Shown here in pieces: positions 8,451-16,370 of a stretch of 64,000 bases of DNA. The notes beneath the pieces are model-generated. The model did not search any database. It saw only the letters and a program-made list of their open reading frames with translations, and was not told the DNA's origin. Position 1 is the first letter of the stretch; every line of letters starts with the position of its first letter. The position numbers and the translations under genes are program-made. The stretch is from a virus. Its lineage: Duplodnaviria > Caudoviricetes. Location of the stretch: the IMG/VR virus record IMGVR_UViG_3300027983_002388; one strand, given 5' to 3'.

Positions 8451-8555
8451 AGACAGCCAGGATGTTGGCCTAGAAGTAGCCAACATTCAAAGAGTAGGGT
8501 TACACAGGGACTTCCTGTTAACGGACCCTTTTGGTGTAATAACACACTGGCCGAG
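8451..8555 (+). ncRNA. Stand-alone mimic of the 23S rRNA GTPase-associated centre (H42-H44, L11-binding domain) with a 38-nt insertion; transcript may span about 8390..8636
   Basis: AGACAGCCAGGATGTTGGCCTAGAAGTAGCCAACATTCAAAGAGT [insert] GTGTAATAACACACTGGCCGAG aligns to 23S nt 1046-1112 (E. coli numbering, from memory) with compensatory changes. Confidence 0.88.
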
Positions 8556-8593
8556 CCACCCAACACTCGACACTGGCAATGCTGGTGCCTGGA

Positions 8594-8636
8594 GAGCATG
8601 TCGCCGACGAAGGCTTAGGCGACATGCTCATTTTTT
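8594..8636 (+). terminator. Intrinsic terminator
   Basis: GAGCATGTCGCC/GGCGACATGCTC 12-bp stem followed by ATTTTTT. Confidence 0.8.
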
Positions 8637-8651
8637 GAAAAGAAAGATGAA

Positions 8652-8834
8652 ATGATAGCTTGTATTTGCGGTGGATTTTTGGAACTAGGTTACATCCTAG
8701 TGATGGCAATTATTTCTATTTCGGGAGCAATATTTGGCACCAACTGGTACAATACAGCACGATATAAAAAGTACATAAAATACAAAGACAAACACAAAGG
8801 CTGTGGTTGCGACTGTCACAAAGAAGACGAGTAG
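8652..8834 (+). CDS. Small membrane protein
   Basis: One TM helix, Cys/His-rich tail. Confidence 0.6.
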   Translation: MIACICGGFLELGYILVMAIISISGAIFGTNWYNTARYKKYIKYKDKHKGCGCDCHKEDE

Positions 8835-8837
8835 TGC

Positions 8838-8919
8838 GGCCCTGTGGTGGAATTGGAATACACATGGGACTTAAAATCCCACGCCGAAAGGATTGCGGGT
8901 TCGAGTCCCGCCAGGGCTA
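8838..8919 (+). tRNA. tRNA-Leu(TAA), canonical long variable arm
   Basis: GGCCCTG/CAGGGCT-A, TGGGA-CTTAAAA-TCCCA, GCGGG-TTCGAGT-CCCGC. Confidence 0.95.
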
Positions 8920-8922
8920 CGT

Positions 8923-8951
8923 TTTACAAGATGCCTAAAACGTGGTAAAAC
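8923..8951 (+). promoter_or_regulatory. Sigma70-like promoter for tRNA-Leu(TAG)
   Basis: TTTACA-N17-TAAAAC with TG extension. Confidence 0.5.
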
Positions 8952-8952
8952 T

Positions 8953-9033
8953 GGCCGAGTGGTGGAATGGCATACACGATGGTTTTAGGAACCATTGCCG
9001 CAAGGCTTGCAGGTTCAAGTCCTGTCTCGGTCA
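8953..9033 (+). tRNA. tRNA-Leu(TAG), canonical long variable arm
   Basis: GGCCGAG/CTCGGTC-A, ATGGT-TTTAGGA-ACCAT, variable arm GCC-GCAA-GGC. Confidence 0.95.
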
Positions 9034-9061
9034 CTAATGAGGAATGAGGAATGAGGATACG

Positions 9062-9556
9062 ATGGAAGTTTCGGTTGGCGATTACGGTCGCATGATGTTC
9101 GAGATGATGGTTGCTGAAAAAGGCAATCTCCCGGAACACTGGCAAAGCATTCAAGTCCTTGCTGAACCTCTAGTTCGTCAGCTTATTGCCCTCAACGGTC
9201 AAATGACTAACGGTGGATATGAAATCCACGGTTATGTTGAACCGGGCAACAAGAAAATATTATCCAAACACGAACTGATCCAAGCCGCTCAAGAAAAAGC
9301 CCTAAAGTTCCCTGCCAATAAATTGAAGATAGGCGACCGTCTTTGGTTGATTGAAGATGGTGAGCTTGACATGAGTTTCGACCAAGACCCTGTGGCAGTA
9401 AGTGATATTGGCAATACAGGCAGCATCTATGTTGAAATGCAAGGCGGATACGTTGCCCAAATCCACCCTTCTAACCTTGTGTTGAAGGCACCAGACGATT
9501 GGGATGAAAACGAAGATCAATATCGTTCTGATGATTACTGGTTAAATGCAAAATGA
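9062..9556 (+). CDS. Hypothetical acidic protein
   Basis: ORF; GAGGA SD. Confidence 0.7.
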   Translation: MEVSVGDYGRMMFEMMVAEKGNLPEHWQSIQVLAEPLVRQLIALNGQMTNGGYEIHGYVEPGNKKILSKHELIQAAQEKALKFPANKLKIGDRLWLIEDGELDMSFDQDPVAVSDIGNTGSIYVEMQGGYVAQIHPSNLVLKAPDDWDENEDQYRSDDYWLNAK

Positions 9557-9652
9557 AAATTAAGCCTATTGATTCAACAAAAAAGAAGAAAAGCCTTTGG
9601 GCGTCGAAGTCATCTACTTGAAAAGAGAATCAGACGGCAACTGGAAAACCTT

Positions 9653-10537
9653 ATGAAAGTTTTTTACAACGAAAATCAGTCAGTGGAAAATAATCCAAGC
9701 ATTTCGCCAAGTGCCAAGAAGCCCACGGCAGTATTGAAGTCGTGGCAGGAAATTGTGCCTGTCGAGATCATGCCAGTTGTTCCTGTAACCGTTGCAGACT
9801 TGGAGTTGGTGCATGACAGAGAATACGTTAATGATGTTATCTCTTGTCGCATAGAAAATGGGTTCGGCAACAAACTGAAAACCATTGCTGATTCTTTGCT
9901 GTGGACAAATGGTAGTTTTCTTAGTGCTGCTAAATACGCAGTTGAAAACAAAACAAATACAGTTAGCCCAACAAGTGGTTTTCACCATGCAGGATATTAT
10001 GCTGGTAGTGGATTTTGTACATTTAATGGACTTATGTTGGCGGCAATAACGCTCAAAAATGCCATGCTGGTCAATCGAGTTGCCATTGCTGATTTAGATA
10101 TGCACTATGGCAATGGCACGGATTGCATCCTTGAGCAGTTATCCATTCGAGGAATGAAAGATTTCATCTCTCATTATACTTTTGGCGGGCATTTAGACAC
10201 TGTTGATCGTGGAGCTAAAAGTCGGCTTGCTTTTGGCCAAGCATACACAAAACTTTTGCCCGACATTATCACTAGGTTGCTTGATGATGCAGATGTTCTG
10301 TTCTATCAGGCTGGGGCTGACCCTCATGTGAATGATCCATATGGCGGCGTTCTCACGACTGAAGAGTTAAAAGAAAGAGATCGCATTGTTTTTACAATTG
10401 CGAAAGAAAGAGGAGTGCCGGTTGTTTGGAATTTAGCAGGCGGGTATCAAACCGACTTTTCTAAAGTCTTGGAAATCCACAACAACACAGCTTTGTTGCA
10501 CGTTGAGATATTCGAGAATGCACCGGAAACCTTGTGA
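9653..10537 (+). CDS. Histone deacetylase/AcuC/acetylpolyamine amidohydrolase family protein
   Basis: SGFHHA, GFCTFN, DLDMHYGNGT, YQAGADPH, AGGY. Confidence 0.92.
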   Translation: MKVFYNENQSVENNPSISPSAKKPTAVLKSWQEIVPVEIMPVVPVTVADLELVHDREYVNDVISCRIENGFGNKLKTIADSLLWTNGSFLSAAKYAVENKTNTVSPTSGFHHAGYYAGSGFCTFNGLMLAAITLKNAMLVNRVAIADLDMHYGNGTDCILEQLSIRGMKDFISHYTFGGHLDTVDRGAKSRLAFGQAYTKLLPDIITRLLDDADVLFYQAGADPHVNDPYGGVLTTEELKERDRIVFTIAKERGVPVVWNLAGGYQTDFSKVLEIHNNTALLHVEIFENAPETL

Positions 10538-10896
10538 GGCATTTAATTATGTGGGCTGTTCTTTGCACGGATGGACAATTGAACCTCAACGAAGTTCGCA
10601 ACGAATGTGTGCCCGGCAAATGGGTGCCATTATTCGTTTACAGAACGAACCCTGAAGACAATCCTGTTGTCCCTGTATTCCACGATGGGTTAACTACCAA
10701 GAAATTCGCCAAACGAAACATGCCTAAGAATTGGATGTGTGGCGGGGTAGAGCTTACCGACAGGGATGTTGAGTGGATGAAAGAAAAAGGATGGATCATC
10801 AAAGAAATGACTTATCCTCAAAAAGTTGACAACTTCATCTGTGGCTTTGAGGTTCTTGAGTTTGCCGAAGCCCCTGATTTCAGGACAAGTAGATGA
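10534..10896 (+). CDS. Hypothetical protein
   Basis: Coupled ORF. Confidence 0.7.
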   Translation: MRHLIMWAVLCTDGQLNLNEVRNECVPGKWVPLFVYRTNPEDNPVVPVFHDGLTTKKFAKRNMPKNWMCGGVELTDRDVEWMKEKGWIIKEMTYPQKVDNFICGFEVLEFAEAPDFRTSR

Positions 10897-11516
10897 AACG
10901 TGAAGTTGACGACATTCATGTTGCCGCCAAAAAGTTCGTGTCTCGATATATTCGAGGCCGCAAACCTCGTCGTTTACACACATCCAGCAGCAAGCTGGCT
11001 CTGAAGGATATTCATCTCACACCACAAATCACCGATCACAAACCTAAAGGCATTTGGTACGGAATTGCCGATTCATGGATTGATTGGTGTATTAGCGAAC
11101 ATTTTGGAGGCATCCACCAATACATCTACGAAGTCGTATTGGACGAAGGCAATATATTGACCATTGACAATATCCAAGACTTTGAAAAGTTCGAGGACGA
11201 ACACAAGGATATTCCTGAGTGGCGTAAAGAACTTCAGTCCGTCGATGGCTTCCCATTTGATCTGCCATTCGGAAGATCGAGATATTTTGACAGCATGAAC
11301 TACAGGAAGGTTTCTGAAACTTTCGGAGGGATTGAAATTACTCCCTATCAATGGGAAAAAAGACTTGAATCTATGTGGTATCATGGTTGGGACTGTGCCA
11401 GCGGGTGCATTTGGAATCCCAGCGTCATCAAGGATTTAAGGCTTTTTGCCTACTTTGATGCCCGAAAAGGTGAGTTCGTCAAAACGAGTTTACAACCCGA
11501 CAAAACCAAGGTATAA
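10893..11516 (+). CDS. Hypothetical phage protein (KPKGIWY...GWDCASGCIWN)
   Basis: Coupled ORF. Confidence 0.75.
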   Translation: MKREVDDIHVAAKKFVSRYIRGRKPRRLHTSSSKLALKDIHLTPQITDHKPKGIWYGIADSWIDWCISEHFGGIHQYIYEVVLDEGNILTIDNIQDFEKFEDEHKDIPEWRKELQSVDGFPFDLPFGRSRYFDSMNYRKVSETFGGIEITPYQWEKRLESMWYHGWDCASGCIWNPSVIKDLRLFAYFDARKGEFVKTSLQPDKTKV

Positions 11517-11517
11517 T
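11489..11517 (+). promoter_or_regulatory. Sigma70-like promoter
   Basis: TTTACA-N17-TATAAT. Confidence 0.75.
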
Positions 11518-11577
11518 CCTTTCGTTGCTTCTAAACCTTCAGTTCACAGTTCACAGTACACAAACAGGGGAGTTGAG

Positions 11578-11796
11578 ATGAATTTGCCAGAGAACTTTTG
11601 GATCGGTGTGTTTGGTTCTTTGATTTTCGGTTTCATGGGCATCGTGTTGTTGCTCGTTGGCTTCAAGATGTTCGACTGGCTTCTGCCCAAGGTCGATTTC
11701 CAGGCTGAAATGAGAGGAAACCCGCTCGCAACGTCCATCATCGTTGCCTCGTTTTTTCTGGCGTTAGCACACATCATCGCCTCGTGCGTACACTAA
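11578..11796 (+). CDS. DUF350-like small membrane protein
   Basis: Two TM helices, FKMFDWLLPKVDFQAEM..GN.LA pattern. Confidence 0.75.
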   Translation: MNLPENFWIGVFGSLIFGFMGIVLLLVGFKMFDWLLPKVDFQAEMRGNPLATSIIVASFFLALAHIIASCVH

Positions 11797-11819
11797 CGGT
11801 ATTCACGTTGCTCGATCAT

Positions 11820-11872
11820 AAGTCCGGCTAACGGCGAGCAGCAATTGCGGCTTGTCTAGTCGGACTTTTTCT
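11820..11872 (+). terminator. Terminator-like hairpin with a competing pairing
   Basis: AAGTCCGGCTA/TAGTCGGACTT followed by T-run; TGCTCG (11809) can pair with CGAGCA (11835). Confidence 0.5.
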
Positions 11873-11886
11873 TATGTGAGCGAGTC

Positions 11887-12249
11887 ATGCCAATAAGTCG
11901 ATTCATGAACAACAAGATGACTAAAAAGGTCGGACTTGTTCTGATCTCGTCATCTTTGATCCTCAATGGATGTTCACATCATGTGCCAGAGCAAGACCCT
12001 TCACAAGAGGGTCAACCGCAAATAATTCATGGTGGCGTTCATCCGTTTTGGTATTTCCATCACAGTGGCGGCTACGTTGGCGGAAGTGGATATAGTGGCG
12101 GGGGTTTCCATCCCGGCACTTATACGCATGGTGGCGGCATAGTCTCAAGCGGTGGAATTCGCAGTGGTGGAGGATTCAAAGCATCGCCATCAGTTAGCGC
12201 CCGTGGCGGCTTTGGTGCTTCCAGTCATGCCTTTGGTGGAGGATCATAA
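11887..12249 (+). CDS. Gly/Ser-rich lipoprotein (YgiB-like)
   Basis: LILNGC lipobox; C-terminal SARGGFG. Confidence 0.7.
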   Translation: MPISRFMNNKMTKKVGLVLISSSLILNGCSHHVPEQDPSQEGQPQIIHGGVHPFWYFHHSGGYVGGSGYSGGGFHPGTYTHGGGIVSSGGIRSGGGFKASPSVSARGGFGASSHAFGGGS

Positions 12250-12250
12250 C

Positions 12251-12472
12251 ATGGCAGTTGAAACAGATATTACAAAGCGTTGGGAACAAGGGATAGATCA
12301 CCATCCCAAAAGCATCGCTTTGTTCAAAAAACTAGCAGAAATCGACTTCAAATTCGGTGGAGATTTCTTCGACTGGTCATCAGGTGGCGATGGAGACAAT
12401 GGCGAACATTTAATGTACGAAATGGACATTATGTTCGAGAAAGAAGATGCTGAAATAGGAGCTTCATCATGA
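12251..12472 (+). CDS. Hypothetical protein
   Basis: ORF; GGDGDNGE motif. Confidence 0.65.
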   Translation: MAVETDITKRWEQGIDHHPKSIALFKKLAEIDFKFGGDFFDWSSGGDGDNGEHLMYEMDIMFEKEDAEIGASS

Positions 12473-13614
12473 AGCGACACACAACCGATCTTAGGCATGA
12501 TTGGAAAAAGACCATTGAAGGTCAGGGAATGTTATTTCATACATTTGATGGCGATATTTATTGGGACGAGTCAGCATACTACGAGTTAAACAGTCCTGAA
12601 GTAGACACCATAGAGGCGGCTACTTACGAACTGAATGATCGTTGTCTTGAAGCTGTTCAACACGTCATCGACAATGATCTGTTAGATGCTTTCTTGATCC
12701 CGCCCGAATTCCATCAGTTTATCCAAGACAGTTGGGAGAGAGACGAACACACCATTTATGGTCGGTTTGACTTTTCCTATGACGGAAAAACCCAACCAAA
12801 GATGTTGGAGTTCAATGCCGACACGCCTACCGGCCTGATAGAAGCTGCTGTTACCCAATGGTATTGGGCAAAAGACAAGTTTCCAAATCGGAACCAATTC
12901 AACTCAATACACGAGCGGCTAATTAAGGTTTGGAAAGAACTGAAGTCCGTGACGCCAGGAGTATTGTATTTTACGGCACTCGCTGGCAATCTCGAAGATT
13001 ACATGAACGTCAATTATCTTCGAGACACTGCCATCCAAGCCGGGTGGGATACTGAATATATTGACATTGAAAACATCGGATGGAACGAAGGTCGCCGTAC
13101 ATTCACCGACCTGAACGAAAATCCAATACAGACATGCTTCAAGCTGTATCCTTGGGAATGGATGCAGACCGACGAGTTTGGCAGAAAACTATTCCTCAAG
13201 ACCACCAAATGGCTTGAGGCTCCGTGGAAGGCAATCCTTAGCAACAAGGCCATTCTGCCTATATTGTGGGAGTTGTTTCCCGATCATCCAAACTTATTAG
13301 AAGCATCGTTTCAACCAATTCGCACAAAACCTTACGTTCAGAAGCCAATTCTGAGTCGTGAGGGAGCTAATGTGCAAATATTTGAGCATGGCGAATTGCT
13401 GCTTAAAACTGATGGTCCTTACGATGGACCATGTGTATATCAACAACTATGGGAACTTCCCAACTTTGATGGCAATCACGCCTGCATTGGTAGTTGGTTG
13501 GTCAACGGCTGGGCTTGTGGAATAGGCATTCGAGAAGACAAAACCATTGTAACGGGGAACCTGAGTCGGTTCGTACCGCACATTTTCGGTGTTCGACCAA
13601 AATACGGGAGTTAA
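12469..13614 (+). CDS. Glutathionylspermidine synthase-like ATP-grasp ligase (YgiC/YjfC family)
   Basis: GRFDF, LEFNADTPTGLIE, FKLYPWEW, SNKAIL, KPILSREGANV. Confidence 0.93.
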   Translation: MKRHTTDLRHDWKKTIEGQGMLFHTFDGDIYWDESAYYELNSPEVDTIEAATYELNDRCLEAVQHVIDNDLLDAFLIPPEFHQFIQDSWERDEHTIYGRFDFSYDGKTQPKMLEFNADTPTGLIEAAVTQWYWAKDKFPNRNQFNSIHERLIKVWKELKSVTPGVLYFTALAGNLEDYMNVNYLRDTAIQAGWDTEYIDIENIGWNEGRRTFTDLNENPIQTCFKLYPWEWMQTDEFGRKLFLKTTKWLEAPWKAILSNKAILPILWELFPDHPNLLEASFQPIRTKPYVQKPILSREGANVQIFEHGELLLKTDGPYDGPCVYQQLWELPNFDGNHACIGSWLVNGWACGIGIREDKTIVTGNLSRFVPHIFGVRPKYGS

Positions 13615-13618
13615 GATC

Positions 13619-14872
13619 ATGGCTGCAAACAAAAAGATTCACATCATCGGTGGTGGAACGGTCGCACAAATTGGCCCGCACTTGGCTTTGTGCGCCCCAG
13701 CTTATGGTGGCACTGCAAAGAGACTACATCACTTGTGCTGGCAGCAGTGCCACACTCTGGACTCTGAACTCCATCTCACCAAGATGGCTGGCGGAAATGA
13801 ACTGGAAACCAATGCTGATATTGCAAAATTGGTGAACGAAATCGTTGCCGATCCAGCATCAAAGATCGTGTTTTTGAATGCTGCTCTGGTTGATTTTCAA
13901 TACGATGGTGTTGCCGACAAATACGGCGAGCGAATTAAATCTCGTGAAACTCCACACCTTCAGTTGAACTTTGTTCCAGCGGATAAAGTCGTTGGCAATA
14001 TCCGCAAGAATCGTAAGGATATTTTTGCCGTCGCATTCAAAACGACTTCAGGAGCAACGCCAGAAGAACAATACATCGCTGGCTTAAATCTCCTGAAAGA
14101 GTCCAGCCTGAATTTGGTTTTTGCCAACGATGTGAAAACTCGATTGAACATGGTCATTACGCCTGAAGAGGCTCGTTATCACGAAACCACAGATCGTGAT
14201 GAAGCCCTGGAAGGCTTGGTCGAAATGACTTTGCTTCGATCTCATTTGACCTTCACTAGATCAACCGTCGTAGACGGTCAACCTGTGCCTTGGGACTCGG
14301 AATTGGTGCCTGAAGCACTCCGCACGGTTGTCGATCACTGCATCAGTGCTGGTGCCTACAAGCCATTCCGAGGGGCGACTGTGGGGCATTTTGCTTGTAA
14401 GGTAAACGACACAACTTTCCTTACAAGTATTCGCAAGTCGAACTTCAACGATCTACCCAATACTGGTCTGGTTCGTATTGTGACTGATGGGCCAGACAGC
14501 GTGATCGCTTATGGTGCCAAACCGAGTGTCGGTGGGCAAAGTCAACGTATTGTGTTCCACGATCATCAGGAATACGACTGCATTGTTCACTTCCATTGCC
14601 CGATTAAACCGGGATCAGAAGTACCAGAAGTCTCACAGCGGGAATACGAGTGTGGGTCGCATCAATGTGGAGAGAACACCAGCAAAGGACTGAAGCAGTT
14701 CGGAAACTTGAGCGCCGTTTATCTTCAAGAGCATGGACCCAATATTGTTTTCAATCGCTCGATCAATCCGCAAGAAGTGATCGACTTCATTGATGCCAAC
14801 TTCGATCTGAGCGATAAGACTGGCGGTTATGTGAGCTTGGGGCAAATCCTCACGACTCCTCACGACTCCTGA
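13619..14872 (+). CDS. CoaB/DFP-like domain fused to a class II aldolase-like domain
   Basis: IIGGGT...APAYGG, NAALVDF, VAFKTT, LVFAND; C-terminal VHFH and HGP motifs. Confidence 0.7.
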   Translation: MAANKKIHIIGGGTVAQIGPHLALCAPAYGGTAKRLHHLCWQQCHTLDSELHLTKMAGGNELETNADIAKLVNEIVADPASKIVFLNAALVDFQYDGVADKYGERIKSRETPHLQLNFVPADKVVGNIRKNRKDIFAVAFKTTSGATPEEQYIAGLNLLKESSLNLVFANDVKTRLNMVITPEEARYHETTDRDEALEGLVEMTLLRSHLTFTRSTVVDGQPVPWDSELVPEALRTVVDHCISAGAYKPFRGATVGHFACKVNDTTFLTSIRKSNFNDLPNTGLVRIVTDGPDSVIAYGAKPSVGGQSQRIVFHDHQEYDCIVHFHCPIKPGSEVPEVSQREYECGSHQCGENTSKGLKQFGNLSAVYLQEHGPNIVFNRSINPQEVIDFIDANFDLSDKTGGYVSLGQILTTPHDS

Positions 14873-14908
14873 CACTGTGGATTTTCTACGCTTTTCCTAT
14901 GAGGGGCA

Positions 14909-15661
14909 ATGATGAAGAAGGTTGTGCTTTTTGCTTGTTTGTTAATGATTGGATGTAGCAAATCCACCGAAACAGTTGCCGAGGCACAAGTGTCGGTACA
15001 GACAGAGCCGACAATGCTTCAAAGGTTTTTTGGAGGCCCCACCAAAGAAGAGATTGCCACACAGCAAGAACTATTGGCTCAACAGCAAGAGTTGCACGCT
15101 CAACAACTCAAGGCCAAACAAGAGTTGCAGGCTCAACAGCTTAAAGACGGAGACGCATTGGTTGCTAAGTGGGCTGATAAGATTCAAGAAACAGCAACTA
15201 AAGACAGCTTCGGATATGAGCGAATGGAAGGTTTGACGGAAGCTGATCCCTGGGGTCAGCAAATTAAGGTGAACTATCGCCAAGAATGGTTCAAAGAAAT
15301 TGCAACTATTCAATCTGCTGGACCTGATGGTGTTTTTGGAAATACCGATGACTTGATTAGAACAAGATCAGCCAAGAATCCCGCTGGAATCATTGAGGGA
15401 ATTTCTTCATTAGGTTGGGTTGTATTGGCTTGGTTGTTTTGTGGTGGATTGGCATTGGCATTCTCGTCGGGAATTGGTCATCGCCGAGTCACTAAAGGCA
15501 AATCAAAAAATCATCGTCGTCCACTTGTGTTCGGCGTGACAACTGTATTATTTGCTCCTGTGGCGGTGTTGATTTACGGATTGCAATTCATTGGCGGGGC
15601 TTTGGGTGCAAACGGTGAATTCTTCGATGGATTTGACTTCGACTTCGACATTGACCTATGA
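14909..15661 (+). CDS. Lipoprotein/membrane protein with a GspG pseudopilin-like motif
   Basis: LLMIGC lipobox; DPWGQ...SAGPDGVFGNTDDL; two C-terminal TM helices. Confidence 0.65.
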   Translation: MMKKVVLFACLLMIGCSKSTETVAEAQVSVQTEPTMLQRFFGGPTKEEIATQQELLAQQQELHAQQLKAKQELQAQQLKDGDALVAKWADKIQETATKDSFGYERMEGLTEADPWGQQIKVNYRQEWFKEIATIQSAGPDGVFGNTDDLIRTRSAKNPAGIIEGISSLGWVVLAWLFCGGLALAFSSGIGHRRVTKGKSKNHRRPLVFGVTTVLFAPVAVLIYGLQFIGGALGANGEFFDGFDFDFDIDL

Positions 15662-15827
15662 GGATGAATATGAGCAACTGTCCACAAGAAGAACGTTACC
15701 AGGATATTTTACAAAAGAATACCTCCACGATGAACTTGCTCAATAACATTGAGCGGTCACAAAGGCGACGAAGATTCAACGCCTGGGTCAAACGATGGTG
15801 GTATAAACTAACCTTCCGAGGTTAAAA

Positions 15828-16370
15828 ATGAGCGAAAAAAAGTCAACAAGGGATGATTTTCGTAATGCCGTATTCAAACGGGATGGCTATGCCTGCGCTA
15901 TGTGCGGGCATAAACCAGAAAACGTCAATGAATTAGACGCCCACCACATTACAGATAGAACCTACATGCCATTCGGTGGATATTGTGCCGCCAATGGCAT
16001 TTCGCTTTGTACAGATCGCTGCAAGAAGGAATCTTGGCTGGGTTCTTCGCTCGATTGTCACCAGAAGGCAGAACACCTTCACGCTACCGGAATTGAATTT
16101 CCGGGATATGCTCCAGTGAACCTTTATGCTAGAATCAAGTCTTCCTATAAACAGGCTTATTCGCACAGTCTCAAGCTAGAGATCACAGCCAATAGAGCCG
16201 ACGCAATGATGGCCGTCATTGACGTAATCTCCAAAAAAGAATTGGAGGTATGTCTTCGCTTGTGTGAAAACACCAGCCCGGAGACATGGGAGTTAACTTG
16301 TGACGAACTAAGTGAGTGGGAACCCCTCAATAGAACTTACGGAAAAGGTCGCTATGTCCCTGACAAATGA
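15828..16370 (+). CDS. HNH endonuclease-like protein
   Basis: VFKRDGYACAMCG, LDAHHI, NGISLC. Confidence 0.75.
   Translation: MSEKKSTRDDFRNAVFKRDGYACAMCGHKPENVNELDAHHITDRTYMPFGGYCAANGISLCTDRCKKESWLGSSLDCHQKAEHLHATGIEFPGYAPVNLYARIKSSYKQAYSHSLKLEITANRADAMMAVIDVISKKELEVCLRLCENTSPETWELTCDELSEWEPLNRTYGKGRYVPDK

Noticed and set aside
8451-8555. Part of a real 23S rRNA gene
   Set aside because: Similarity stops at about nt 1046 and 1112, there is a 38-nt insertion, and the flanks are phage ORFs, a terminator and tRNAs.
8451-8555. rplJ/rplK autoregulatory leader
   Set aside because: No ribosomal protein gene follows; a terminator and a 60-aa membrane ORF come next.
8606-8617. Sarcin-ricin loop mimic in the terminator loop (GACGAAGG)
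   Set aside because: It lacks the AGUA/GAA bulged-G motif and the GAGA tetraloop.
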